In this document: in pieces, positions 39,694-51,943 of the stretch
Layout of the letters: the number at the start of each line of letters is the position of its first letter
Numbering within the stretch: the first letter of the stretch is position 1
Source: Adineta vaga
Lineage: Eukaryota; Animalia; Rotifera
Direction: 5' to 3'
DNA: 64,000 nt
Assembly (NCBI GenBank): GCA_021613535.1
Contig: CP075497.1
Coordinates: forward strand, 744,001-808,000
Program-made: the position numbers and the translations under genes
Notes under the pieces: generated by a model
Seen by the model: the letters and a program-made list of their open reading frames with translations, nothing else
Database searches by the model: none
What the model was told of the DNA's origin: nothing

Positions 39694-40305
39694 TGTGCTG
39701 TCATTCTTATTGCGATTATATATCAAGTTTTATTCAAATACGACACAGCTTTTTTTACGGCAGTAATCATACAGATACTCCATTGAATTGTTGTACAACA
39801 ACAGTATCATTTGAGATTCCATCAGATCTATCTTTTGCTTTCATTACTATTCTAATTTCATTGTCATTGATGTTTATCTTTGTACTGATGATTATTTCGA
39901 ATATACGTCAGATACAGACACGTATGCGTCCAACGGCTATACAAATCACCAATGGTAATGAAGTTCACAATCCCATATATGTTGGTCTTAGACGCTTAAA
40001 TCAACAGGAAAAAAAACAGGTCGACAATTATTGCTTGTGCTTTTGATTCAATTTCTCATTATATTTGTATGTACATTTCAATTTGCTTTACCAAAATTTT
40101 ATTCAACATTGACAAGAGACGTCCCAAGACCATAGTATTACAACTTAAAATTGAGAATTTTATCTTTAATCTATTACTTCTTTTTTCTAGTATTCCTTCC
40201 GTAAAACCATTTTATATTTATACATTAACTGGAGAAAAAGTATTTCGAAAAGCTTTGTTTAATATATTCAACATATATGTAATCGATAGAAAAATAATCT
40301 TTTAA
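39694..40305 (+). pseudogene. 5'-truncated GPCR pseudogene (TM4 to C-terminus)
   Basis: Frameshifted pieces CAVILIAIIY, ..LMFIFVLMIISNIRQ, ..LCF*FNFS and FYIYTLTGEKVFRKAL, which is the TM7/helix-8 motif of the local GPCRs. Confidence 0.7.
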
Positions 40306-40536
40306 AGTTTGTTTTCGATTATATGGGTGAGGCTGTTTCTCATCGTATATCCACGCTCACTTTTTTTTATTAAAAGACTAGATATCATTCACAAAAGCAT
40401 GTCAATATAATCACTGTATTGGTTTGATACGAAAATGACATTGAACATATTGAAATATTTTCACAAGATAAGAAACAATGAACCGAATGACAGTAGATGA
40501 ACCAGCAAATACACTCACAAATGTTTCTAACAATTA

Positions 40537-40592
40537 TTGAGGGTGTGGATGGGTGTACATGAGACTAGGCTCTTAACCCACACCAGCACCTA
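40537..40592. repeat. Hairpin element (loop subfamily C)
   Basis: TTGAGGGTGTGGATGGGTGT-ACATGAGACTAGGCTCTTA-ACCCACACC. Confidence 0.88.
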
Positions 40593-40646
40593 TCTAGGCT
40601 TCTAAGTATCTCTGTATAGTTGACATTAAACACGTGGAATCATATT

Positions 40647-41021
40647 TAGGGGTGCAACAAATCTTTATGAAGATTTGGATTTGGGTTTGGGTTTGGATAT
40701 GGGTTTGGATTTGGATCTTAGAATTTGGATTTGGATTTGGGTTTGGGTTTGTTTTATTAGATTTGGTTTTGGGTATGGTTTTGGATCTCAGGATTTGGTT
40801 TGAGATTTGGATTTATATTTCACAGTTGAAGTCTAAAACTGTGATGAAACTATGTAGTTGAGTCGCCAGAAATTTACCTGCCTCTGGAAACACACTGTAA
40901 GTGCTGAAAACTGCTTATGCACACTTGATATGAAACTTTTAACCCAAAGCCGCAGACAAATCCAAACCCAAATCCAAATCTGTTAAAACAAATCCAAGGC
41001 TTTGGGTTTGTTGCACCCCTA
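40647..41021. mobile_element. MITE, hAT-like termini, with inverted (TTTGGR)n subterminal arrays
   Basis: TIR TAGGGGTGCAACAAA / TTTGTTGCACCCCTA. The direct repeat AATCATATT flanks both sides (40638-40646 and 41022-41030). Confidence 0.92.
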
Positions 41022-41498
41022 AATCATATTTGGAACTAGGAGTATATATCGAACTAATCGATCGAAAAAAGGAACTCGGTATATTACAAAACGCGTTGAA
41101 ACTGTTGTAATAAGTCATCAATATATCGCGAGAAAGTACACGATTGTCGTTTGGTAAAAATCAAGATTAATCGGTATTTTTTATCGATTATATGATGGCG
41201 AATATTTATTCTTCTTATCACAACTGACTTTGATCTTGAATTGTATGGATATCTTCTTAAGATGATAAACAATAAGTATATATATACCATATATAATTTA
41301 TTCGAAGTCAAATTCATTCTCTTTCATGATTAATTCGATTAGTAAGAAAAGTATGATAAGTGCCTTTGCTGTTGATTTTATAACTAGATATAATATAATT
41401 AAAAGTAGAAAAGGTGTGTGTAGGCGTTGATAACGTGAAAAAAATATAAAGTCATTTATTGCAGTGATTTTTTATTCATCAGTTTTATTCGTCGTGTA

Positions 41499-41936
41499 AT
41501 GGCCACATTGAATGTACCACCCACTTATCCCGAATCCACAAAACCTGCAGTAGGACAAGCATGGTCTTCGACAACAGCAGTACAGAATGTGCAACAGTCG
41601 CAGACATACCCCATGACACAATCTTACATTGTTCATCATCCTGTTCATTTTGTCGATCCTACTATCGCTCAAATTCGTGATTGGTTACCATGGTCAATTA
41701 TCAATATGTTTATCGGCGGAATTTTGCTTGGACTTTTACCATTAAGCTTTAGCATTATCTGTCGAAATCATAAAAGATCAAATAATGCAAGTGGTGCGAG
41801 AACAATGAGTACATTAGCTCTCGTCTTCAATATCCTTATCACATTGATTGGCCTTGCTTTGTGGATTACACTCATCGTTCTAATTGTTCAAGCCAATCGA
41901 GTTATCACTACGTGCCTTACTTATCCATATTGTTAA
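41499..41936 (+). CDS. CD225/dispanin (IFITM-like) membrane protein
   Basis: N-terminal PPTY motif; DWLPWSIINMF..GLLPL.FS..R..GAR..S..A..; two hydrophobic segments. Confidence 0.82.
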   Translation: MATLNVPPTYPESTKPAVGQAWSSTTAVQNVQQSQTYPMTQSYIVHHPVHFVDPTIAQIRDWLPWSIINMFIGGILLGLLPLSFSIICRNHKRSNNASGARTMSTLALVFNILITLIGLALWITLIVLIVQANRVITTCLTYPYC

Positions 41937-42137
41937 ACATTTCCAAAATCTTTCTTTAAATCTTAGAAAATAAATAATCAACAGTTCTCTATGTTTAACA
42001 CTTCTATCAATATATACGAGCTAAGCTTTTACTTCTTCTGAAATATAACTGAGAGTAAGAGTGAGACAAGCAGGGTGTGGGTGTAACTAGCTGCCATTAT
42101 CCAGATTTCACTTCTGCTAAGAAGATCATCAAATAGC

Positions 42138-42197
42138 TTGAAGGTGTGGGTTAAGTGCATAGTCTCATGTGCACACATACCCACCCACCCACACCCT
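42138..42197. repeat. Hairpin element (loop subfamily C, inverted relative to 40537)
   Basis: TTGAAGGTGTGGGT-TAAGTGCATAGTCTCATGT-GCACACATACCCACCCACCCACACCCT. An extra G-rich arm lies at 42050-42084. Confidence 0.88.
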
Positions 42198-42779
42198 ACA
42201 AACCTTCACCTTATTGACGAAACATCTATAAGACGGATAGTAGAATTGTCATATACTAAAGAAATTGTACATCTTCAATCTTATGATATTCGACTCAAAT
42301 GTTCACATATAACTGACTACCTGATAGAAAAAATATCATGTAAAATATCGTTCATTATATAGGCAAATTTTCAGAAACAGCCTGTAAAAGAAATCTAGAT
42401 TGCATAATTTTTATATATGATTTAGCAATAATCGATATTTTTGACATACGGGCCCACCTTTTAAAGACTTTAAATATAGTGGATTTTGTAGAGCTTTCGA
42501 CGCTCTACAAGATGGCTTATATGAAAATGTGGGTGTAAATTTTGTTAAAAAAATTCTATGTATTATATTATGGGCACATATGCTCTACGAAAGTGTATTT
42601 GCTGTAATGTATGGGGAATATTTGATGACATATAACACGAATGATACTTTATACACATGAATCTTTCACAGGACGATAGCCTAGAGAATTCTGCGTCGAA
42701 ATATCTTCGACTAAGATTAAATCTTTGATATTTTTCTCTAAGGAATTTTCCACGTCTGCATGTACAGATGATTCAAACC

Positions 42780-45769
42780 AGAATTATTTATTTCTTTTTA
42801 AAGAAGCAAAAAAAACATTACAAATTAGAAAGAGCTATTTCAATTTCTAAGGAAATTTCTACGTAATCTGATTTTGATATTCTTCACATAGTTCATTAAA
42901 AGCATTTCATAAATCTAATTCTTTATGGAAATCTCGTAATTGTCCACCAATTTCTTTCAATTCTAATTGTTTTATAAGAGCTGTATGAAGATGTTCTTTG
43001 ACTAAATCATAGTCAGAGAATTTTTCAGCAACATTTGCTACTTTCAGATGACTTTCGATTATTTTCTTTATTCTGTTTTGTTTCGAACGTGTTGTACATA
43101 TTCCTTCTAATGTAAATAATTCTAATATACATCGATGTCGTAATAATTCATATTGTAAAGCTAAATTTCGATCTTTTCTATGATAAATAAAAATCGATGC
43201 AACACGATCATAGATATCCGCAATATAGAATAAATCTATTTCTTTTTCATTTAAACACCATTGAATAGTTTGTTGATAAACATATAATGTATTGTTATAT
43301 CTTTGAATTAATTGATAAATTCGAGCAATTCTTATTAGATAAAAACACGAAGTGCCATATTACGTAAAACATGAGGATATTTGTTTATATTTATCTTCAA
43401 GTTTGATTTTCTTTTCATATATGTCAATTAAATTATTAATATTTTTTATTAATTCATAAATATTTCCAGTTTTTAAAAATTTAATTCCTTGAAGATAAAA
43501 TCGTATTGCACGTTATAAATATTCTTTTGATTTATTTTTATCTTTTAAATAATTACTTTTTCTAACAAATATATCACCAATATGAATTAAACTGTTCAAA
43601 TCTTCATCTTGAAGATAGTTCATCCAAATTTCGTATGTTTAATTATAATTTGGTAAAACCATTGATCTATGTATCTTTATAGAATCACTGTAACACTGAA
43701 GTTTAATAGTAGTTGGCTGGTTAATGCTCCTCCTTTTCCTCCTTTTTTTCAAAATATATCCTCCTGCTCCTATTTCTCCTTTTTTATTTTAATTTCAAAA
43801 TTACTATATTGAATACCATGAAAAAACAAAAACCTCGATGCTGAAAACAATTAAATCATTGGAACAGGAGAGAGAATTTCATGTTGAAATATAGAATCTT
43901 CAATCAGAACAAAAAACAGCTCAAATGTTACTTGAAGGAGAAAATCAACGATTATGAAAGTCATTGAAAAAAGGTGCTTTTACTGATGTCCAAGCTGCCT
44001 AGGCATTACAAAAACTGGAACGGAAAAAAATAAAATCTATTAATGTAGAAGTGAAGAAATCATGGAAAACGTATCCACTATTCAACAAAAACGACTTTGT
44101 GCGAATATCAATAATTAAAACAGAAAAAAATTAGTTTCTCAACAGTAAAAAATGAAGATGATTAGATGTTCTGATAAAGAATTGTCATTATTATAAAACG
44201 ATCAGATCATATTGTTTTTATGAGTCATTAGACGTTTTTATTTTGATTCATTATTGTTTTCCTCAAGCTAATTGATTTTTTGTCTGAAACATAGGAATAA
44301 ACATTGAAATTGTGATAGATTTCTTATTAGAGATCTTCTTAAGCGAATATCCGTATGCGCAAACTTCACACAAGTCATTTTTTATAGTATAAAATAAGTC
44401 CTCCATTTATCCTCCCATTTTGCTGCGTAACCTCCAAAATGTTTTTTCATTAAATCCTTCTTCTTCCTTCTTTTTTTGCAAATCAGCATTAACATGCCAG
44501 AATAGCAGATATCCATTTTGTTTCGATTGGATAAATAGATATTAAGTCATTGAATATAATATTAATATTTTCTAAAGATGAAAGATGAAAATTATTTCTT
44601 AAATCAATAATACATCTTTTCAATGTACTTCTTAATGTTATACATTGAAAATATGGAATATCTTTCATTTCATCATCTTGTATTAATTTTAATTTGATTA
44701 TCCAATAACCATTTGTATCATAGATAATGCTCCAGACATAATTAAAATTTTGTTTTCATTTGTAAAATAACTTAATTTTGATATATCAGCAAACGGAATA
44801 GATTGTTCATTGAAATTAATTTCAATTTCAAAAAGAATACGAATTAATTCATCTGAATTTGTACATGAATCAAGAAATATTAAAGCAATATCTTTATCCA
44901 AAGTAGTTGAAAGTAAACTATGATTAACAAAAGGTTCTCTATCTTCTTCAGATGATATAACTTGTCCACGATATACTTTAATAATTGATTCCGTGTATTT
45001 CGAAAATGTTCATATTCATTATTCAATATATGATATAAATCTTGAATCCAAATAATAATCGAATATTACGCTATCGAAATGCACGATTAAGAGTAAAAAA
45101 AAAGAAATGTAGGTCTTGTATACCACCATACAGCTCGTTGAGGATTATAATTATGTTCAAAATCATCAATAACTTTTAATTCAACTTCTTTTCCGTCATA
45201 ATACGATTTCAATTCATTAATAAGACGAAAACGATAGTTTTCTGGATAGGGTAAGAAAATTAATAAATTTCGAAAGCATGACCACCAACAATTAACTCAA
45301 TCACCTACTGTTTCATCTAATTGATAGAAATCATTGAAAAATTTCATTTTTTCGTGTTGTAGATAATTTTTGACATCTTCTTGGAGAATATTTCATAATG
45401 TTGGTAAATCTGTATATATTTGATGATCTATCTATGACAAAAGTTTTATTTTTTGAAATAAATCTTATATAATTATCTACATACTTGATTAAGAACTTCT
45501 ATATTTTGAGAAATGATATAGATTTTTTGAATTATTGAAAATTTCTTTAACTTTTCTATGATTGTTTGATATATTTGTCCAGAATAAATAAAAAATGTTG
45601 AATATTCTTCACAATCGTCTGAATTATCAAATTGTTTTGTATAATCAATAATTTGACGTTAAGTTTTAATCGTTAAAATTGTTGAATCAATTTGATGAAC
45701 ATTTATGTCTAACCAAATCAACTGATGTGATTCAAAATTAATCTCATTTCGATCGAATATTGAAAACAT
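42780..45769 (-). pseudogene. Decayed ART(+TPR-like) gene interrupted by a transposon
   Basis: MFSIFDRNEINFESHQLIWLD, AVWWY, KVYRGQ, LLSTT, ILFEIEI, ENKILIM. Many stops and frameshifts. Confidence 0.75.
43713..44500. mobile_element. Non-autonomous DNA transposon (788 bp)
   Basis: Imperfect TIR TTGGCTGGTTAATGCT / AGCATTAACATGCCAG. 8-bp TSD AATAGTAG / AATAGCAG with one mismatch. Confidence 0.7.
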
Positions 45770-46009
45770 TATAATCAATAACCAATAAAGAAAATATCAA
45801 TTGTCATTTAAAAATACCTAAATAAATATTTAAAAAACCTTATCTACACGTACTGTTTTTCTTTGATAATGGTCTATATTGATAACAATTCCTATGATGT
45901 TAAAAAGGGTAAGAAATATTGTTATTCAAGGCATATCCTGAGGAATATGATTTTGCGACAAAATGAAAAAATACATATAAAGAATATAAAGCATGATGTT
46001 TCCGTGGTT

Positions 46010-46546
46010 CAGGATGGTTGCAGGTATAACGTTATAAGTGGTAACCGTTCTAACCAATAAACATCTCAGACTGGCTATCATTTCATTTCCAGACTGAATT
46101 AAATCTATATAAGTTTTGAAAACTAAATCTATCGAACGATTTCGAACCGTTTGAGTTGAATGTGTAATAGCTATGAATCTATAGTGTTCTTTTAAGATAG
46201 CGGATTTAGTTTAAAAAAAACATCTATGCTATCGTCCATAGTTCGACAAACCATACACTAGTTTTCAGATCCTTTCTACTGAAAAATCAAAAGAAGAAAT
46301 GAGACAGATTATGATTGTACTCAACACTCTATTTCGTCCGTAAATTCTGGTTTCTAGAATACTTGTGGCTGAGATCGAAAATGAATATATCTACTTAAGT
46401 ATTTTCCCCACTCCTGCTCAGTTTTGCACAAACGAATTGAAGAAATTATTATGATTTTTATGGATTGAATATTCCTAAATGGAAATTAGTATTCCAATGG
46501 AACGGTTACCGATTACTACGGTTATCGTCATACCGTTGCATCCCTA
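46010..46546. mobile_element. Probable old MITE
   Basis: Inverted GGTAACCGTTC / GAACGGTTACC with weaker outer complementarity; right end GCATCCCTA. No TSD seen. Confidence 0.45.
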
Positions 46547-47088
46547 TGCAATATCTACAATGTTTTATAAAACTGAGATCCCTATAATTCATAGTGATAT
46601 GTGATTGCAAAATTCTTAAATTCTGGTATGAGAATTTTGACATCCCTCATTATAGAAGAAAACTAGGTAGACAAATGATAGATGAACTTTTTTGCTGAAA
46701 GTGTTAAATCGAGCAAATACAAAAAAGAAGCTTTTTTTTATATCTAATTTGAATTGAAACTGGCCATGTGGATTAAATTTTTAATGTGGATATTATGTTG
46801 TATTTAAATGTAGATGATATTTTTGTATCTGAACATAATGAATACTATCTCATAAAAAATAGAATATCTCTGCACAACGCTTTTTTTTGTAAATTATTAC
46901 GCACAATTTACATAGAAGAAAAAAGTTGTCTGTTGCATCAATTAAATCGACAAAGAATTTATATATATATATATATAAAATTCACTTTTCTTAACATAAA
47001 TTTTATTAAATGATGAGAAAAGATAGATTCTATTTGATTACTTGTCATATTCATTAAATTTATTATTTTCTTCTTGTATTGATTCAAT

Positions 47089-47649
47089 ATGGTATCATTG
47101 GCAGAATTCACTCCTACTTTCGCTATCTCTGTTTTTTTCTTTATATTCATTGTTGGAACGATTGGAAATCTCCTCAATCTTATGACATTATTATCCAAGG
47201 ATTTTCGAACAAAATCTTGTACCTTTTATATGATTTGTGGTTCTTTGCTTGATCTGGTTCACAATATGTTTACTATTACAGTTCGTCTTTCAACAGAATA
47301 TTTCGGAAATAGTGCGACATCCATTACTCGTGATGTTTGTAAATTGCGTGGTTATCTACCAATTTGTTTATCAACAATGGTAGCAACATGTGTTTCATTA
47401 GCAACGTTCGATCGTTTTATGTCAACATCATTGAGTGTTCACTGGCGAAATCTAAGTTCTATATGGTTTGCTAAGCGTCTTTTCTTTATAAGTATGCTTA
47501 TTGTTATCATATCTGGTATGTTTCAATTAATTATATTTGATATTTATAATGGTATATGTACAGTATCATCTAACTTTGAAAAAATTCTTGTCGCTGTTTA
47601 TGCTGATACTTTTACTCTTTTAATTTCTCATGGAGGCATGTTATATTAA
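47089..47649 (+). pseudogene. 3'-truncated GPCR (TM1 to start of TM5)
   Basis: GTIGNLLN, VCKLR, TFDRF. The ORF stops in TM5, 43 bp before the next gene's ATG. Confidence 0.75.
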
Positions 47650-47692
47650 TGAAGATTTTTTTGTTCTTCTAGTCTAAATAAGTATAGCAACA

Positions 47693-49133
47693 ATGGCTCT
47701 TCGAACAAATTCTCGTTTTCTTGTTAATGAAAATCGTGAATTCAGACAACTATTCACATCAGTATCACAATATATGAATGAACCGTTAGTTTCTCTTGAA
47801 GAAGCATGTCATCCATTGAAATCTTGTCTCGGCGAAGAATTAGAAAAAAATATAATTATTTCAAAATCAAATTCAAAGTTTTCAGCTGATAATTTAACTA
47901 TAGATGAATCAGCATCGATTCGTTTATTTACTATGGAATGGAAAATAAAAGAAAATAGTCTATATACCAAACTTAATCAAACATTACGAGAAGATAATCA
48001 AATGAATTTGCGTCTATAGCATAAATATTTAAAATTATTGTTAACTGCCTTTTTAAAATTACCGTAAGATAATTCTCTTTTTCAAATTCTAATTTTTTAA
48101 AAATATTCATTTATATAGTTCACTTCAAAATCAAACAATATGGCGAGGTGTACGAGCAAATGTATCTAATGATTACAATCGAAATGATGAAATAACTTGG
48201 TCGGGATTTAGTTCTTGTACAAATTCTATTCAAGTTCTTGAATCATCAACATATTTAGGTCGAGCAGGTGCACGAACGTTATTTTCTATTGAATCATCAA
48301 ATGGAAAATCGATTCGTGCACATTCATATTTTTTTGGCGAAGAAGAAATTCTTTTACCACCTGGAACAAAATTTAAAGTTATCGGTAAAATGATTTCAAA
48401 AGATAATTTTTGCATAATTCATTTACGAGAAATATCATCACTCTTTTCAAAACCAGTTCCACCAATGGATATTAATCATTCAAAACATTCGTTGAAAAAA
48501 ATCATTAAACGACCATTTAAATAACTATATGAAAAAGTTCGAATTACAGATGATCATATTCGACAGATGTTCACATTATTATATCGGGGTACGATTTTTC
48601 AGAACAAAATTCGAAATATTTTATTGTTTTTTTTTCTTATAGAACAACAACTGTTTGGTATCGAAGGTTTTCATAATCAAGCAAACTCTGTAAGGTATAA
48701 TCCAAATAATGCTATTATTCTTAGATCTATGAATGATTCAATTAGTGGGACATATGATCTTATTGGGTTATTTTCTGCTAATACTATGTCTGGAGATATA
48801 AATGTTACACTTCGTATTAATGAATCAACACCTTCTTATGTTCAAATTTCAACACGCACTATATCTGGTAAGACTAGAATTTCTATTATTGGATCAATGA
48901 ATTCGATAGTTATGTCTTCGATGCATGAATCGAATTCAGGTGATATTCGCATTCGATATCCAGATAATTGGAATGGATTTATTCAATGGTATACTGTTAA
49001 TGGTAATATGATGATTGATAATACTGTGAATGTAATTGAAAATCAAAGACATTTTTCCAAAGGAATCAGAGGAAAAGGTTATAATGAAATTAATATTAAA
49101 ACACTTAGTGGAAATAGAAAATTGACTTTTTAA
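47693..49133 (+). pseudogene. Arginine-type ADP-ribosyltransferase, probably fused to DUF4097-like adhesin beta-repeats; two nonsense codons
   Basis: LT.DESASIRLFTMEW, then TAG 48017, intron 48064-48118, WRGV, FSSCT, GEEEIL. The frame continues through TAA 48522 into ORF 48567. After a probable intron 48589-48642 come T.SGDI-type repeats. Confidence 0.72.
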
Positions 49134-50406
49134 GAAAAGAATTTTTTGTATTAGTGATTTTCATGTTACTGATCTTATGAATATTTGAAGAAGTGAATTT
49201 TTATTGTAATAACATCGAAGTAGAAAGAATGTCTTTTTGTGTAATAGATTAAAAAACGTTAATTTATAATTTCAATATTGAGAAAAATAGTTTCTTTTCT
49301 TTTGTTTACAAAAAGTATTATAATGAATTGAAATATCTATTATTCGCGATCTGTCAAGTCATATTTATAAAATATCGAAAAGAACAAATGAAAAGAATTT
49401 TTTCCTTTGATTATTCCCTCGACTCTAAGGAGGATCATTTTGCTAAAACTGACGAGGAATGATAACCAACTGACAAATCGTTTTTGAACTCATATTTTGA
49501 CCATAGGTAAGGACCATGAGTCTAGAATAACCCTAAGAGGATTAGTGTTGTTAGACCTTTGACACTGAGTTTTACCCGTTTTACTTGTTTTTTTACTTAT
49601 AGCATTGGAGTTACGTAAAAAAGTAAAATATCGAATTTGGATCTGAAATTTCATCCATGAAGAGATCTAAGGACCACTAGAATACCGTGAACATTTCAGA
49701 CTAATTGGAAAAATTTTGAAACGTTATTTTTGAAAACTGGTAATAATTTGAGATTTGCCACTCCATGAACTTAAGTAAATACACGCACAGCACAACTAAT
49801 CTAATGCGATCACCAAGAATTTTAATTAATAATTTCAATCTTATAAATGCTTTCTGTCAAGATAAGATAAGAGAATAGAATAAGAACATTCTGAAAGTAT
49901 GGATTTTTTTCTCTTTCATCAGTCATTCACACACATACCGGAGGTAGAGAATTTTTCACAAAATCAAAAATTTTCTCGTCCATTAGGAGAGCAAAGGAAA
50001 GATTATTCATTTTTGACACATATGCGCACCATCGAAATATTAAATAATAAATAAAACAATTCTTTTTTTTCTTTTCGTTTAAGTTTAAACCAACAACGCT
50101 ATTTATGAACGCGTTTACAAAATATAGACAAAGTTATGAGACCTAAGAAAAGATCGAAAAAATAATTATTTTTGAGCAACGCTCGAACATTATTACTTGA
50201 GACGATAACGAATAAGCATCATAAGATGATCGAGATAAAATTGTGATTATCGATAAATTTTTAATCTTATTTACATAATTATAGCTTTTAGAAAATGAAA
50301 TAGCTTTTCTTTTGAATAAAAATAGAATGTACTTTCATTTATTTCTTGTTATTTAGTACAGATTTTTTTTTCTTATTTGTATCTTTTATTTAATAACAAG
50401 AAGAAA

Positions 50407-51546
50407 ATGTCTTCATCGAATGCAACTCTTGCTGAGATAAATGCATTAAACTATGGAAATATTATCTTCTATCAATTTTGGTCATATTTATTGATTGGTT
50501 TGGGCACTATTGGTCACTCATTGAATATTTATGTATTTGCACGCCCAATTCTTCGTTCGAATCCCTGTACACGTTACTTTTTAGCAGCAACAATCAGTGG
50601 TATTTTTGTCACTTATACCAATGTATTACTTCGTCTTCTTCAAAAACTGGATCCAAAGTATGATTTATTTGCATATTCAACTGTATCATGTAAAATCCTA
50701 TCGTTTGTTGTATTGCATGCAAGGTTCACTTGTTTTCTTGAACTGTCTTTTATAGTCTGATTCGCATTTTCTCATTTTAGATGTGTTACATCTTGGTTTA
50801 TCGTTCTTGCTTCTGTCGATCGGTACGTATGATTCATATTAATTTAAAGTCGAAAAATAGAGATTGAATGGGTTTGTTTCATTTTCGATAGATTTTTGTG
50901 TAGTTCATCTTCTACTCGAATACGAGGATGGAGTAATCTTCGATTTGCTTCTCGCATTATTGTATTCGTGATTATCATTATTGGTCTGTTTTATCTCTAT
51001 GTACCAATCATTTTTCACAATAATCAAACAACTGTAAAATGTCCTGCAAATCAAACAACATATCCACTATTTAGTGGTATTTGGAATTTATTGATATTTA
51101 GTTTAGGACCATCATTGATGATGCTTATTTTTGGATCACTGACCATTCGACATATTCAACGATCAGCAAAAACGGTCGCTGTTCAAACAACTCAAGTTCA
51201 AAATCAAATGAAACGTCAAAAGACAACTGATCGACAATTAATTCAAATGATGCTCGTTCAATGTCTTTATTTTAGTTTGTTGACAACTCCTTCGTCAGTC
51301 TATTACCTCTATAGTTCAATAACAATGTCTACCGTATCAAGTCCTCTGCAGATGGCTAAAAACAGTTTATTTTCAAATATCACCGGTATATTATCAATTA
51401 CAGGTGCATGTACAAGTTTTTATGTATTTACATTATCAAGTAAACTATTTCGTCGTGAACTTATGAAAATATTCAAACATCACTTACAAACAAATCAAAT
51501 GTCAAATGCAAATGTAATGCAAATGACAAATCGATTTACAAAATGA
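50407..51546 (+). CDS. Orphan rhodopsin-like GPCR, three exons
   Basis: Exons about 50407-50723, 50781-50822 and 50892-51546. SVDRF spans a junction; FYVFTLSSKLFRREL. Confidence 0.88.
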
Positions 51547-51797
51547 CATGAAATTCTCTGGGCGAAAACCAATATATAGAAAAAAAGAATAGTGAAAAAC
51601 AATATCTCAATTCTTTTTTCATATTATATTTTCATCAGTATTCTTAGATTCATTTTTCATTTTCAACAATTTCTTTTTTTCGTTCTTTACACTTGAAACA
51701 TTAAAAATCCATTTGATGAAGACTACGTCAATTTTTTTTCTCTTTTCTTTTTCACTTGAAATGTTTCAAGGTGAATTCTCTCGAGCAAAATACAAAG

Positions 51798-51857
51798 TTG
51801 AGGGTGTCGGTGGGTGCAAGTCAGTGTCTCTATTCACCCACACCCACCCACCCTTAA
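51798..51857. repeat. Hairpin element (loop subfamily B)
   Basis: TTGAGGGTGTCGGTG-GGTGCAAGTCAGTGTCTCTATT-CACCCACACCCACCCACCCTTAA. Confidence 0.9.
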
Positions 51858-51943
51858 AATTAACAAAATTTCCTAAATATTTTCATTTTTTTAAATTCAT
51901 TTCATTTCATTGATTTGTTTATTTTAGAAAAAAATCTTTTAAA

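Noticed and set aside
40634-40861. ORF with WIWVWV/GFGFGF repeats
   Set aside because: It is a translation of the MITE's hexamer array.
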